Sequence record: PQ301181
Direction: 5' to 3' (one strand)
From: Escherichia phage EP02SG
DNA: 64,000 nucleotides
A program made the translations under genes and the position numbers. Every line of letters starts with the position of its first letter. Position 1 is the first letter of the stretch. Positions 12,675 to 23,104 of this stretch are shown here, piece after piece. Below the pieces are notes generated by a model. It saw only the letters and a program-made list of their open reading frames with translations. It did not search any database and was not told the origin of the DNA.

Positions 12675-12700
12675 ATTATACCATCAAAAAATGTAAAGCA
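12675..12700 (-). promoter_or_regulatory. Candidate MotA-dependent middle promoter upstream of rnlB
   Basis: Minus strand reads ATGCTTTA (MotA box) - 13 nt - TATAAT; ~90 nt upstream of the rnlB start. Confidence 0.35.
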
Positions 12701-12702
12701 TA

Positions 12703-12954
12703 TTAGAACTTGATTTCTATCCAGTGCCCATCACGTTGGTCGTGATTAATTTTATACTGAAAGCCATTATCACGTAACCACTGCCCGACTTGCTCTGTGA
12801 TAGTTAAATCATTCTTTGATGGATAGTACGTGAATTGTGTCTGGCCTTTGTCAGCGGCTTTCTCTGCCATCACAGAGAAGTTAGTAATAAAATCTTTCAA
12901 CAAATTGGCTTTAGTGGCCAGAGCCCTTTCTCTTAATTCCTGTGCAAAACTCAT
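12703..12954 (-). CDS. Hypothetical protein (positional equivalent of T4 24.2)
   Basis: 83-aa ORF between rnlB and hoc. Confidence 0.6.
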   Translation of the reverse strand: MSFAQELRERALATKANLLKDFITNFSVMAEKAADKGQTQFTYYPSKNDLTITEQVGQWLRDNGFQYKINHDQRDGHWIEIKF

Positions 12955-13151
12955 TTCTTCACCTTTTTGTTAATCAAACGTTTACGGTATACAACTTTTT
13001 CTTTTGCTTTAAACTTTGACCGAGCTGTCTCGGCTTTAGTCCATAGTAATCCAACTTCTTTAGGTTGTAAACCGATTTTTTGAGCAATTTCTACGAATGA
13101 AAATCCCGCCTCATGTAATGTATAAACTTCAACTTCAGCTCTCATAATCAA
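12951..13151 (-). CDS. Hypothetical small basic protein (positional equivalent of T4 24.3), possible HTH
   Basis: 66-aa ORF overlapping the next ORF by 4 nt; lysine-rich C-terminus. Confidence 0.55.
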   Translation of the reverse strand: MIMRAEVEVYTLHEAGFSFVEIAQKIGLQPKEVGLLWTKAETARSKFKAKEKVVYRKRLINKKVKK

Positions 13152-13214
13152 TCCCGTATTATTTGGTTTGTGCCATTATATACATCAATCTCAAGACGTG
13201 TTTTGTATGCTTTA

Positions 13215-13240
13215 AAAACGAAGAAAGGGGCCGAAGCCCC
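13215..13240 (-). terminator. Terminator after hoc (minus strand)
   Basis: GGGGC-CGAA-GCCCC (UUCG loop on the minus strand) followed on the minus strand by a U-rich stretch. Confidence 0.55.
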
Positions 13241-13246
13241 TTACGA

Positions 13247-14377
13247 TTATGGATATGTATAGATGATACCAGTTTCCAAAGCAGTTTTATGGATGATGTA
13301 TCCATTACGTGATTCTTGAACATCAACTTCTGGATAGTCTTTCAACATCTTCTGAAGAGTGTAACGATGCAGGTAGTATTTACTATCCGGATCTTCAGTT
13401 TTCCAATCTTTACCTTCTTCAGTCATTTTTTGGATTTCATCCATAACCCACCAACCGCACCAGATGTAAGCTGAAGTACGATGTGGAAGAGGATGAACAT
13501 AAGGTAGTTCACCTTCTGGTTCTGGAGCAACTTTATCAGTCACTTGAACTTGACCTTCTGCTGTAATAGTTTTGCTATCATAATCAGTAGCAGTAATAGT
13601 TGCAGTAACTTCAATAGTTTGACTTCCAATAGATGATGTATCAACGGTGTATACGTTAGTTGACCCTTCTACAGGAGAAGAATCTTTCTTCCATGAATAT
13701 TCGATTTGCGCTTCTTCAGGAGCATCAGTTACATTAGCAGTAAATGTAGCCGAAGCATCTTGATGAACGTTAATAGAAGGAGGAGTCAATGTAACCTGTG
13801 GATTCATTGTCTTCTTATTAACTGTCAATGATACTTCATTTGAAGTAACTTCCTTTGCATCATAATCTGTTGCGGTTACTTGGGCTACGCATTTAATTCT
13901 TTTTACACCGCTTGTAGTTGGAGTATAGCTAAATGTAGAGTTAGTTTCTCCACCAACTTGAGAATCATCAACATACCATTGATACGTAGCAGACGCTCCA
14001 GCCGGTTGAGAAGCTAAGGCGGCAGTAAATTGAACTGGGGTTCCAATTACTCCAGCTGAAGGACTATTGGGAGTTACTGCCAAGGTAGTTGTCTGTGTCT
14101 TGTTTTGAACTGTAATAGTTGTTGTCGCTTCAGCCGTTTCCGGGCCTCCTTCAGAAAGTGTATTTGTTGCAACAACTTTAATTGTTTTTGTTCCAGCAGG
14201 TCCTTTTAACACATAATCAAAAGTTTCTGCCGATCCTACTTGAGGAGCATCGTCTACACTCCATGCATAGGTAATAGTTCCACCTCCAGTTTCACCACTG
14301 GGAGTAGCAGTAAACTGCTGAGTCTGATCTATAACTCCAGTAGGTGTTTTAGGAGTTATATCAACTGTAAAAGCCAT
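13247..14377 (-). CDS. hoc: Highly immunogenic outer capsid protein (Hoc)
   Basis: 376-aa ORF, same length as T4 Hoc; repeated Ig-like segments and conserved C-terminal capsid-binding region. Confidence 0.9.
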   Translation of the reverse strand: MAFTVDITPKTPTGVIDQTQQFTATPSGETGGGTITYAWSVDDAPQVGSAETFDYVLKGPAGTKTIKVVATNTLSEGGPETAEATTTITVQNKTQTTTLAVTPNSPSAGVIGTPVQFTAALASQPAGASATYQWYVDDSQVGGETNSTFSYTPTTSGVKRIKCVAQVTATDYDAKEVTSNEVSLTVNKKTMNPQVTLTPPSINVHQDASATFTANVTDAPEEAQIEYSWKKDSSPVEGSTNVYTVDTSSIGSQTIEVTATITATDYDSKTITAEGQVQVTDKVAPEPEGELPYVHPLPHRTSAYIWCGWWVMDEIQKMTEEGKDWKTEDPDSKYYLHRYTLQKMLKDYPEVDVQESRNGYIIHKTALETGIIYTYP

Positions 14378-14386
14378 AAGTTATCC

Positions 14387-15055
14387 TTATTTTAATGTTA
14401 CGAAAGAAGAATTACGAGTTTCACGAATTAGAACTGATCCATCGCGATTAATATAATAAATTAAGCTAAATAATGTTTGGTGAGCAGAAGCATGCACAAA
14501 ACTAGTTGGGCGAGATTTCCAATCTGGGGTTTCGGCTATCCATTGATAGATCCACCAAGGAACAGTAACATATCCTGGGCCTTTGCCTAATTTAATGAGT
14601 GTAGGACTAAAATTTTCAGGCAAAACAAATTTTACTTCTTTATTTACCTCTGCCTCAGGCTCTTTTTCAGATTCAACAACCTGAGTAATTGCTTCTTCGA
14701 ATTTATCATGGTCGAATTCTTTTTCTTGTTCGACAACTTCTAATACTTCAACTTGTTCTGTTGGAGAATCAAACAACAGAATAGCTTCTTCTTTAACTTC
14801 TTCGTTAGTGAAATTAACACCGTCCACATCATCTGCGGCAGTAATTAAATCGGTGATAGATAATCCATCAGTTTCAGGTAATGGTTCATCAGCCAGTGCG
14901 TTAAGAGCTTCTTCGATATCAATAACAATATTATCGAATGATTTTGTTTTCTTAACACTAATGCCAAATTGTTCTGCGTATTCAAACAGTTTAGCTTTGG
15001 CTTCCTTTTTATCAGAAAGAGCACGTAACTCTTCAATATAGTCTTTATCGATCAT
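14387..15055 (-). CDS. inh: Inhibitor of prohead protease (Inh)
   Basis: 222-aa ORF; position next to hoc; T4 Inh ~226 aa. Confidence 0.8.
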   Translation of the reverse strand: MIDKDYIEELRALSDKKEAKAKLFEYAEQFGISVKKTKSFDNIVIDIEEALNALADEPLPETDGLSITDLITAADDVDGVNFTNEEVKEEAILLFDSPTEQVEVLEVVEQEKEFDHDKFEEAITQVVESEKEPEAEVNKEVKFVLPENFSPTLIKLGKGPGYVTVPWWIYQWIAETPDWKSRPTSFVHASAHQTLFSLIYYINRDGSVLIRETRNSSFVTLK

Positions 15056-15068
15056 GGTATTTCCTCAT

Positions 15069-15076
15069 TATAAATA
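15069..15076 (+). promoter_or_regulatory. Late promoter TATAAATA for uvsW
   Basis: Exact TATAAATA ~30 nt upstream of the uvsW ATG; uvsW is a late gene in T4. Confidence 0.65.
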
Positions 15077-15105
15077 TAACTATATTTATTACATGGTAAT
15101 TTGAC

Positions 15106-16620
15106 ATGACTGACATTAAAGTACATTTTTATGATTTTAGTCACGTGCGCATTGAATGCGACGAAAGTACGTTTTACGAACTTCGTGACTTTTTTAGCTT
15201 TGACGCTGACGGGTATAAATTTAACCCAAAATATCGCTATGGGCAATGGGATGGTAGAATTCGACTTTTAGATTACAACCGTTTGTTACCATATGGACTT
15301 GTAGGACAAATAAAAAAGTTCTGTAGCAATATGAGTTATTCTGTATGGATTGACCCTAAAATCTTTGAGACCGAAGACCTTACCAGGGAAGATTTTGACG
15401 CATGGCTTTCTAAACAAGAAATTTATTCAGGCAACACAAAAATCGAACCACATTGGTATCAAAAAGATGCAGTATATGAAGGTCTAGTTAATCGTCGTCG
15501 AATTTTAAACCTTCCGACATCAGCAGGTAAATCACTAATTCAAGCACTTTTAGCTCGATATTATCTAGAGAACTATGAAGGTAAAATTCTCATTATCGTC
15601 CCTACAACAGCATTGACAACCCAGATGGCTAATGATTTTGTTGATTATCGCTTGTTTAGTCATTCGATGATTAAGAAAATTGGCGGTGGTGCTGATAAAG
15701 CAGACAAATCTAAAAACGACGCTCCAATTATTGTTGGCACATGGCAAACAGTAGTTAAGCAGCCTAAAGAATGGTTCTCTCAATTCGGTATGATGATGAA
15801 TGATGAATGCCACTTAGCAACAGGCAAAAGTATTTCTTCAATCATCTCAGGATTAAATAATTGCATGTTTAAATTCGGTTTATCTGGCTCATTAAGAGAC
15901 GGAAAAGCCAATGTAATGCAGTACGTAGGTATGTTCGGCGAAATCTTCCGTCCTGTTAGCACGTCTAAATTAATGGAAGACGGACAGGTAACTGAGCTTA
16001 AGATTAATAGTATTTTCCTTCGTTATCCAGACGAATTCACTGTTAAATTAAAAGGTAAAACATACCAAGAAGAAGTTAAAATTATTACCGGACTAAAACG
16101 ACGTACAAAGTGGATTGCTCAACTTTCAGTCAAATTGGCTAAGAAAGACGAGAACGCCTTTGTAATGTTTAAACACGTTACACACGGTAAAGAAATATTT
16201 GAAGCTATTAAAGAGCTTGGATACGAAAAAGTTTATTACGTATCAGGTGAAGTTGATACCGAAACACGTAACGCGCTTAAAGTCATGGCAGAAAATGGTA
16301 AAGGCATTATTATTGTCGCATCATATGGAGTATTCTCTACTGGTATTTCAGTCAAGAATCTTCATCATGTTATTTTCGCACATGGTGTTAAATCAAAAAT
16401 TATCGTACTTCAAACCGTAGGACGCGTGCTTCGTAAGCATGGTTCTAAAGCTGTTGCTACAGTTTGGGATCTCATCGATGACGCAGGTGTAAAACCTAAA
16501 TCATTAAATACTAAAAAGAAGTATACTCATCTTAATTACTTGTTAAAACACGGTATTGATCGTATCCAACGTTACGCTGATGAGAAATTTAACTATGTAA
16601 TGAAAACAATTAATTTATAA
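15106..16620 (+). CDS. uvsW: UvsW DNA/RNA helicase
   Basis: 504-aa ORF; Walker A LPTSAGKS and DECH box; near-identical to T4 UvsW as recalled; late promoter upstream. Confidence 0.95.
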   Translation: MTDIKVHFYDFSHVRIECDESTFYELRDFFSFDADGYKFNPKYRYGQWDGRIRLLDYNRLLPYGLVGQIKKFCSNMSYSVWIDPKIFETEDLTREDFDAWLSKQEIYSGNTKIEPHWYQKDAVYEGLVNRRRILNLPTSAGKSLIQALLARYYLENYEGKILIIVPTTALTTQMANDFVDYRLFSHSMIKKIGGGADKADKSKNDAPIIVGTWQTVVKQPKEWFSQFGMMMNDECHLATGKSISSIISGLNNCMFKFGLSGSLRDGKANVMQYVGMFGEIFRPVSTSKLMEDGQVTELKINSIFLRYPDEFTVKLKGKTYQEEVKIITGLKRRTKWIAQLSVKLAKKDENAFVMFKHVTHGKEIFEAIKELGYEKVYYVSGEVDTETRNALKVMAENGKGIIIVASYGVFSTGISVKNLHHVIFAHGVKSKIIVLQTVGRVLRKHGSKAVATVWDLIDDAGVKPKSLNTKKKYTHLNYLLKHGIDRIQRYADEKFNYVMKTINL

Positions 16621-16633
16621 GGGCTTCGGCCCT
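16620..16633 (+). other. UUCG hairpin between uvsW and uvsW.1 (no U-tract)
   Basis: AGGGC-TTCG-GCCCT immediately followed by the AGGAG RBS of uvsW.1. Confidence 0.5.
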
Positions 16634-16645
16634 TAGGAGATAAAA

Positions 16646-16879
16646 ATGGTACTTGAATTTAAACAATTTTTATACGAAGCATCTATTGACGAATTCATGG
16701 GCAAAATTGCTAGTTGTCATACCTTAGAAGGGCTTGAAGAATTGGAAGCTTATTATAAGAAACGTATAAAAGAAACGGAATTAAAAGATACAGATGATAT
16801 TTCTGTCAGGGATGCCTTAGCAGGTAAGCGTGCCGAACTTGAAGGCGATGATGATGAGGATGAGGAAGAAGACTTCTAA
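16646..16879 (+). CDS. uvsW.1: UvsW.1-like small acidic protein
   Basis: 77-aa ORF immediately after uvsW with acidic C-terminus; SD AGGAG. Confidence 0.65.
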   Translation: MVLEFKQFLYEASIDEFMGKIASCHTLEGLEELEAYYKKRIKETELKDTDDISVRDALAGKRAELEGDDDEDEEEDF

Positions 16880-16934
16880 TTAAAAAAGGCCCGACCTTTT
16901 TGGAAGGGCCAAAACCATAGGCAAAAAGGTAACA

Positions 16935-17102
16935 CTATAGTAAAAGTTGGGTTTCGTTCAATTGCTCTTCTGAACTTTCTGAAACCGGCATTTGTTGGAC
17001 ATAATTATAACAAGGCCCAGGATGCGCTGGTCCTTTGTCTGTTTCAACAACCAATGCAGAATCGATTGGAGTTTTACAGACAACACAAATCTTATCTGAC
17101 AT
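16935..17102 (-). CDS. Small CxxC...PC microprotein (55 aa), positional equivalent of T4 uvsY.-2
   Basis: Hand-translated MSDKICVVCKTPIDSALVVETDKGPAHPGPCYNYVQQMPV...; below the 60-aa cutoff of the ORF track; ATG start. Confidence 0.45.
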   Translation of the reverse strand: MSDKICVVCKTPIDSALVVETDKGPAHPGPCYNYVQQMPVSESSEEQLNETQLLL

Positions 17103-17134
17103 GATTGCCTCCTAAGTTGAAATTACATATCTAT

Positions 17135-17359
17135 TTATACCATTCGCATGCACATATCGATACCCATATCTTTTGTATAAAAATACTCGTCGATGTACCC
17201 AGCAAACTTACCTTTAATATAAAGGACGTCTTCGCCACAAGGGTGGTCTACCAGAATACGAATATCCTGGCGTCGTAGACGATACTTTTCCATTAAGAAT
17301 TTAATTTCAGTTTCAAATTCTTCATCATTGTTAAAGGCATCTTCAATTGAATAACGCAT
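17135..17359 (-). CDS. Hypothetical protein (positional equivalent of T4 uvsY.-1)
   Basis: 74-aa ORF directly downstream of uvsY. Confidence 0.6.
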   Translation of the reverse strand: MRYSIEDAFNNDEEFETEIKFLMEKYRLRRQDIRILVDHPCGEDVLYIKGKFAGYIDEYFYTKDMGIDMCMRMV

Positions 17360-17772
17360 TATTGCCCCGCTTCAAATTCTCGCATATCCTGGATATGTTT
17401 AAGTGCAAAACTACGAGACTTAACTGCGTCAAGTGCACCACTACAGAACTCAAGTAAAATTCCCCAGTATTGTAAAGTAGTCTCTATTTTAAGCACATCT
17501 TTATCTGCAGCCAGGACAGTTTTCATTTCAGATTTCTCGTATCGGTCCATACTGAATTCATCACCGTCACCTCGTCCCGAGTAGTAGTCTAATCTTGCTT
17601 TTAGAGCAGTTTTCTTCTGAGTCTCTATACGCAACATTTCTTTACGAATAAATGAGTGCTTACGTAGCCATTTGCTGTATAACTTAACATTATTCGCTGT
17701 CTCATATTGCAACTTTGACATATCAATAGCTAAGTCTGCGTCTAACTCTTCCTGTAAATCTTCCAGCTTCAT
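17359..17772 (-). CDS. uvsY: UvsY recombination mediator
   Basis: 137-aa product from the internal ATG of the 164-aa track ORF (MKLEDLQEEL...); matches T4 UvsY length and sequence as recalled; MotA-box middle promoter lies inside the rejected N-terminal extension. Confidence 0.9.
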   Translation of the reverse strand: MKLEDLQEELDADLAIDMSKLQYETANNVKLYSKWLRKHSFIRKEMLRIETQKKTALKARLDYYSGRGDGDEFSMDRYEKSEMKTVLAADKDVLKIETTLQYWGILLEFCSGALDAVKSRSFALKHIQDMREFEAGQ

Positions 17773-17827
17773 AATGTTCTCTCTTTTAACTAATAATCTC
17801 CCGGCTGTATCGGAAGGACCTAAAACC

Positions 17828-17853
17828 ATTATACATAGGTTGCCTTGAAGCAT
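17828..17853 (-). promoter_or_regulatory. MotA-dependent middle promoter for uvsY
   Basis: Minus strand reads TAATGCTTCA (MotA box) - 12 nt - TATAAT, ~55 nt upstream of the uvsY ATG; uvsY is a middle gene in T4. Confidence 0.6.
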
Positions 17854-18251
17854 TACACTCTATTGCTTGACGCTAACTGAAGTTTAATTTGTTCAATATC
17901 GTCAGGGTTGTCTACGACCGAAAATCTAATCTCTACTATAACCGTATAGTCATCATATACTGGCGTTACACTTACAGAAAGTTTGTCGATGCGTGGCTCA
18001 TAGTTACGAACAGCTGCTTGGATATTACGCTCAATCGTATCGGCTGTAAGTGGTGTCATGTTCTCGAAAAGTTCGTCAACCAAATCGCATCCAAATTCGG
18101 GGTCGAAGGGGCGTGAGCCTTTTCTAGTTGTCACTATGCCAAGAAGACTATTTTTAATGGAACGAAGTCCTACAGAACGAGCAACGTCCTTGTTCCAATC
18201 CATACGCATTTCTGGGTCGATATCTGAATAAAGTTTATTGATATTAGACAT
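17853..18251 (-). CDS. 25: Baseplate wedge protein gp25
   Basis: 132-aa ORF, same length as T4 gp25 and near-identical as recalled. Confidence 0.92.
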   Translation of the reverse strand: MSNINKLYSDIDPEMRMDWNKDVARSVGLRSIKNSLLGIVTTRKGSRPFDPEFGCDLVDELFENMTPLTADTIERNIQAAVRNYEPRIDKLSVSVTPVYDDYTVIVEIRFSVVDNPDDIEQIKLQLASSNRV

Positions 18252-18877
18252 TATAGTAACTCAAAGAATTCTTTGAGGCCTCGTATTGTGTGAACGTGTG
18301 ACGCCCCACATTTGGGACATTTAATAGGGGTTGCCAGATAAATTGATGGCGATACTAAAAGATTTTTAATATTGATCATGTCATCTTCTGTTATAAGGCC
18401 GTAAAGGTCGTTTATTTCTGCTTCAGTTAAATCTTCAACAGGGATGGACTCTCCATTGACAAAAACGGCCTCAATGCATGAAGCAATCATTAATGCGATA
18501 TTTTTATCGTCAAATAATTTAGGTTGTCGGAACTTAATTTTAATACCGCTGAACGAATACCAGGGATCGGCCTGTTCATCTAATTGAGTGTGCAATAAAT
18601 TCATATAGACTTGAAATGAATGCCCACAGGAACAATTCCAGGTGTGTTCTTGATTCACTTCACCTAATGAATGTGCCCACAGATTTACCAACAATAGCTC
18701 TGCTTCTTGTTTAGTCAAGTTTTTAGCATTAGAACAATTAGTGATAATATTGTTCACTGCTGATTCAATAGTACCGGTAGCCCGCGCACCTATGAGTCCT
18801 AAATATTCTTTTAAAGTAAAGGCTCTACAATTCACTTCTTTATCGCCTAAACGTACGGTAAACGTATATTTGTACAT
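18251..18877 (-). CDS. 26: Baseplate hub protein gp26
   Basis: 208-aa ORF, length and position match T4 gp26. Confidence 0.88.
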   Translation of the reverse strand: MYKYTFTVRLGDKEVNCRAFTLKEYLGLIGARATGTIESAVNNIITNCSNAKNLTKQEAELLLVNLWAHSLGEVNQEHTWNCSCGHSFQVYMNLLHTQLDEQADPWYSFSGIKIKFRQPKLFDDKNIALMIASCIEAVFVNGESIPVEDLTEAEINDLYGLITEDDMINIKNLLVSPSIYLATPIKCPKCGASHVHTIRGLKEFFELL

Positions 18878-18895
18878 GTTAACTCCTTTATTGTG

Positions 18896-18903
18896 TATTT
18901 ATA
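18896..18903 (-). promoter_or_regulatory. Divergent late promoter TATAAATA (minus strand) for gene 26
   Basis: TATTTATA on the plus strand overlapping the gene 51 promoter, ~19 nt upstream of the gene 26 start. Confidence 0.5.
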
Positions 18904-18907
18904 AATA
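18900..18907 (+). promoter_or_regulatory. Late promoter TATAAATA for gene 51
   Basis: Exact TATAAATA ~18 nt upstream of the gene 51 ATG. Confidence 0.6.
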
Positions 18908-18924
18908 ATAGAAAAGGAGTAATT

Positions 18925-19677
18925 ATGGCTAATATAATTCGTTGTAAATTACCGGATGGTGTTCATCGTTTTAAGCCGTTCACTGTGGCGGATTATAGAG
19001 ACTTTTTACTAGTTAGAAATGATATCGAACATCGTTCACCGCAAGAACAAAAAGAAATAATTGCCGATCTGATTGATGATTATTTTGGCGAGTACCCTAA
19101 AACATGGCAGCCATTTATATTCCTGCAAGTTTTTGCAGGCTCTATAGGCAAAACAAAAGTTCCTGTTATTTTCACTTGCCCTAAATGCTCTAAAGAAAAA
19201 ACTGCACCATTCGAGATATATCAAAAAGAACTAGTCGAACCTGAACTTGATGTTGCTGGTATAAAAATACGTTTTTCTTTCCCTGAAAAGTTTTATGACA
19301 ATAAAGCATTAATGATAAGTGAAAACATAAAAGAAATATATTATAACGATGAATGGTACCCATGGAATGATTTGACTGAAGAGAACCAAATCCAAGTAAT
19401 AGAAGCAATAGATATTGACTCTCTTGAGAAGGTTATTGCTTCTATGAATCCTATTAATTTGACCCTTAGATTAGGTTGTTGTGAACGACATGTTAAAACA
19501 TATACTGATATCTTAGAGGTTTTTAAATTGTTAGTTAACCCTGATGAGATTTTTACATTCTATCAGATAAACCATTCACTTGTAAAGAGTCAATACACAT
19601 TGGATTCTATTATGCAAATGATTCCTGTTGAACGTGGTATTGCTTTAACATTAGTAGAAAAGGACCATAAAAAATGA
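18925..19677 (+). CDS. 51: Baseplate hub assembly catalyst gp51
   Basis: 250-aa ORF; divergent from gene 26; late promoter upstream. Confidence 0.88.
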   Translation: MANIIRCKLPDGVHRFKPFTVADYRDFLLVRNDIEHRSPQEQKEIIADLIDDYFGEYPKTWQPFIFLQVFAGSIGKTKVPVIFTCPKCSKEKTAPFEIYQKELVEPELDVAGIKIRFSFPEKFYDNKALMISENIKEIYYNDEWYPWNDLTEENQIQVIEAIDIDSLEKVIASMNPINLTLRLGCCERHVKTYTDILEVFKLLVNPDEIFTFYQINHSLVKSQYTLDSIMQMIPVERGIALTLVEKDHKK

Positions 19678-20846
19678 CAGTATTCCAACGTCCAGGATAT
19701 CCTAACTTAAGCGTTAAATTATATCAAGATTATTCGGCTTGGCAAGAAAATAGATACGTTGAACTCGCAGCAACAATAACAACTTTAACCATGCGAGATT
19801 CGCTATATGGAAGAAATGAAGGGATTCTTCAATTTTATGACACTAAAAACATCCACACTAAAATGGATGGTAGACAGATAGTCCAAATCTCTGTTTCAAA
19901 TTCAAACACACCTCTCCAAGTTAGAACTCGAATTTACGGATGTAGGCATTATTCTGTGTCTGTGGACTCAAAAGGTGACAATATTATTGCAATTGAGCTT
20001 GGAACAATACATTCTATAGAGAATCTTAAATTTGGGCGACCATTCTTCTCAGACGCAGGAGAATCTATACGTGAAATGTTAGGTGTCATATATAAAGACC
20101 GTACGTTAATTACTCCGCCAATAAACACTATTAATGCTTATGTTCCTGATATTCCTTGGACAAGCACATTTGATGATTATTTGGCATATGTCAGAGAATT
20201 AGGACTTGCTACAGCGAGTGATAAGTTCGTATTCGTATGGCAAGATATTTTAGGCGTAAACATGATTGACTATGATACTCTTATTGGTCAGGAAGGCATT
20301 AAGATGATTGTAGGCGAGCCAAATACTGTAGGTCAGTATATTCAAGAGCTTGAGTATCCATTAGTATGGGATTTCACCTGGATGACTAAAGCTAACCAAT
20401 TTACAAGAGACCCTATTAAAAACGCCACGGTATTCGCTCATTCATTTTTAGATACATCTATTCCGGTTATTGTTACAGGCGATGGTGATAATGCTATTCT
20501 TGTGTCAAGATCAGGTGGATATTCTGAAATGACCTATCGTAATGGATTTGAAGAAGCAAGTCGTCTTCAGACAATGGCTCAATATGACGGATATGCTAAA
20601 TGCACTACTACAGGTAATTTTAACATAACGCCTGCTACTAAAATTATATTTGTCGACCAAAAGAACCAATTCAAATCCGAATTTTACGTGGATGAAGTTA
20701 TTCATGAGTTATCAAATAACAACTCACAAACTCATCTGTACATGTTTACCAACTCAATGGTGTTAGAACCTGTTAACCCAGTTAAGGTTAAAAATGAACT
20801 TAAATCTGATTCTACCTCTAAAGAAAATAATTCTACCACAGTCTAA
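19674..20846 (+). CDS. 27: Baseplate hub protein gp27
   Basis: 390-aa ORF; T4 gp27 ~391 aa. Confidence 0.9.
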   Translation: MTVFQRPGYPNLSVKLYQDYSAWQENRYVELAATITTLTMRDSLYGRNEGILQFYDTKNIHTKMDGRQIVQISVSNSNTPLQVRTRIYGCRHYSVSVDSKGDNIIAIELGTIHSIENLKFGRPFFSDAGESIREMLGVIYKDRTLITPPINTINAYVPDIPWTSTFDDYLAYVRELGLATASDKFVFVWQDILGVNMIDYDTLIGQEGIKMIVGEPNTVGQYIQELEYPLVWDFTWMTKANQFTRDPIKNATVFAHSFLDTSIPVIVTGDGDNAILVSRSGGYSEMTYRNGFEEASRLQTMAQYDGYAKCTTTGNFNITPATKIIFVDQKNQFKSEFYVDEVIHELSNNNSQTHLYMFTNSMVLEPVNPVKVKNELKSDSTSKENNSTTV

Positions 20847-21327
20847 TAAAAAGGTAATGATTCCTAAATTAGGGCTCAAACATTATAATCTTTTAAAGGA
20901 CGTTAAAGGCCCTGATGAAAACATGAAAATCTTAGCTGATTCTATTTGTAAAAATATGAGTCCCGCAGATTTTGATTTTGCATGTCTACACATATTGGAA
21001 TTTAATAACAAACTTAAGTCTGAAGTTGAAAAAGATGGATTCACTTATAAACTAGATGACGTCTATGTATGCCAACGAACAGAATTCCAATTTCAAGGTA
21101 ATACTTTTTATTTTAGACCCCCAGGCAAATTTGAACAATTCGCTACAATCAGTGAAATGCTATCAAATTGCTTAATAAAAGTTAATGACGAAGAGAAAGA
21201 AATTTCTTTCCTTGAGATGCCTGCTTTTGTAATCAAATGGGCAGAAGACCTTTCGACAACTATTGCTATTCCAGGCCCTAATGGCCCTATTAAGGGTATA
21301 GCAGAAATTATTGGATTGCTTGAATGA
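20794..21327 (+). CDS. 28: Baseplate hub distal subunit gp28
   Basis: 177-aa ORF, same length as T4 gp28; overlaps the 3-prime end of gene 27 by 53 nt in another frame. Confidence 0.85.
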   Translation: MNLNLILPLKKIILPQSNKKVMIPKLGLKHYNLLKDVKGPDENMKILADSICKNMSPADFDFACLHILEFNNKLKSEVEKDGFTYKLDDVYVCQRTEFQFQGNTFYFRPPGKFEQFATISEMLSNCLIKVNDEEKEISFLEMPAFVIKWAEDLSTTIAIPGPNGPIKGIAEIIGLLE

Positions 21328-23096
21328 AACCTGAAGAAATGAAATCCATGCGTAGAAATAAGGTCATTGCCGATAATAAACCACAAAAAGTAGCTGCAAC
21401 AGCAGCTACTGATTCATTAGAAGCATTGAATGATATTTCATCAAAACTAGACGATGTCCAAGCCGCGTCCGAACTCACATCACAAAGTGTAGAAGATAAA
21501 GGCAATGGAATTATTGAATCAATTGGAGACTTAAAGAATTCGACAGATAATACTGCTGAAGGCACAGAGCTTATCGCAGAAGTTATTGAAAAACAAACTG
21601 AAGTCACTAAAAGTATAAACGAAGTTTCTAGTGCAATAAGCTCCAAGTTAGACCGATTAGCTACATTATTAGAGCAAAAATTACAAACATCTACCGCTAT
21701 TCAAAATACAGGAGGCACCTCTCTTGAAGTAATTGAGAACGCAATACCTGTTAAAGTGGTTGAGAATGAAACTTATGATGAGCTGTTTAAAGCATTACCT
21801 ACACCTGAAAAGATTGATAATAAGCCAGACGAAGATTTCTTCCCTGCGCCGGTTCAAGAAAGTGCTAATTCTACTTCTGATTCTAAAGGCGGGATTAGCT
21901 TTAAATTGAGCGATAAAATTGCAATGCTCACCAAAACAGTTCAAGCTGGGTTTAATAAATCAATATCAATTTCGGACAGAATTGCTGGAATGCTTTTCAA
22001 ATACACTATAACGGCTGCTATTGAAGCAGCAAAAATGGCCGCACTTATTCTTGGTATTGTTATCGGTATTGATTTATTGATAGTCCATTTCAAATATTGG
22101 ACAGACAAGTTCACTTCTGCCTGGGATTTATTTGATGAAAACTTTACTAAATTCTCCGATGAAGCTAAAGAGTGGGGTAAATTCTTAAGTGATATATTCA
22201 CTTCTATTGACTCTATAAAACAATTGTGGGAAGCTGGAGACTGGGGTGGTTTAACCGTTGCTATTGTCAAAGGTGTAGGAACAGCATTAATGAACTTAGG
22301 TGAACTAATTCAATTAGGAATGGCTAAACTCTCCGCGTCTATATTGCGTGCTATAGGTTTTGGTGATACCGCAGACGAAATAGAAGGACGTGCTTTGGAA
22401 GGATTCCAAGAAACTACCGGGAACAAATTAAAGAAAGAAGACCAAGAGAAAGTCGCTAAATATCAAATGAAGCGTGACGATGGGGAATTAGGAACCGTTT
22501 CTAAAGGTCTTGATATGTTACAACGCGGCAAAACATTCGTTACTAACTGGGTTCGTGGTAATGACAATAAAGAAGAGTTTAGTACAAGCGATGAGCGTGC
22601 TGCGGAATCAGCAAAATTAAAAGAGTTACCTGAAGAGGAGCGTAAAGAGGCGTATATAAAAGCTAATGAAACTCGTGCGGCACTAGTTAGATTTGAGGAT
22701 TATATCGATAAAATCGATATGTCTAATCCGGAAAATGCTAAAAACGTCGAGAAGTCTTATGCTGATTTAAGTAAACTTATTAAAGACCCTGAACTTAATA
22801 AAACTCCTGTTGTTAAAAAGGAATTAGATGCTAGATTTGAAAAGCTAAATAATAAAATGGCTGAAGCCAAAAAGGCTCAGACAACAGTTAAGCCTGAATC
22901 TTCGACTAAATCTCCTGAAGCAAAACAAGTTCAGTCAATAGAGAAAGGACGTGCTTCTGAATCTAAACAACAGCAACCGGTAGCGGCGATTAGTAACACA
23001 AATAATGTCGTCAAAAAGAATACCGTAGTCCAGAATATGACCCCTGTAACAAGTACAACGGCTCCTGGAATTTTCCATGCCACCGGTGTTAATTAA
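21324..23096 (+). CDS. 29: Baseplate hub / tail length determinant gp29
   Basis: 590-aa ORF, same length as T4 gp29. Confidence 0.9.
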   Translation: MKPEEMKSMRRNKVIADNKPQKVAATAATDSLEALNDISSKLDDVQAASELTSQSVEDKGNGIIESIGDLKNSTDNTAEGTELIAEVIEKQTEVTKSINEVSSAISSKLDRLATLLEQKLQTSTAIQNTGGTSLEVIENAIPVKVVENETYDELFKALPTPEKIDNKPDEDFFPAPVQESANSTSDSKGGISFKLSDKIAMLTKTVQAGFNKSISISDRIAGMLFKYTITAAIEAAKMAALILGIVIGIDLLIVHFKYWTDKFTSAWDLFDENFTKFSDEAKEWGKFLSDIFTSIDSIKQLWEAGDWGGLTVAIVKGVGTALMNLGELIQLGMAKLSASILRAIGFGDTADEIEGRALEGFQETTGNKLKKEDQEKVAKYQMKRDDGELGTVSKGLDMLQRGKTFVTNWVRGNDNKEEFSTSDERAAESAKLKELPEEERKEAYIKANETRAALVRFEDYIDKIDMSNPENAKNVEKSYADLSKLIKDPELNKTPVVKKELDARFEKLNNKMAEAKKAQTTVKPESSTKSPEAKQVQSIEKGRASESKQQQPVAAISNTNNVVKKNTVVQNMTPVTSTTAPGIFHATGVN

Positions 23097-23104
23097 GGAT
23101 TATT

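Noticed and set aside
13004-13213. MotA-box-like TGCTTTA matches on the plus strand at 13004-13010 and 13207-13213
   Set aside because: Wrong orientation for the surrounding minus-strand genes and no suitably spaced -10 element.
16886-16914. Possible terminator hairpin after uvsW.1
   Set aside because: Only a weak AU-rich stem (AAAAAGG / CCTTTTT) with competing pairings; not confident enough to call.
17359-17853. 164-aa ORF as the uvsY product
   Set aside because: The first 27 codons overlap the gene 25 end and contain the MotA-box middle promoter; the internal ATG gives the 137-aa protein matching T4 UvsY.
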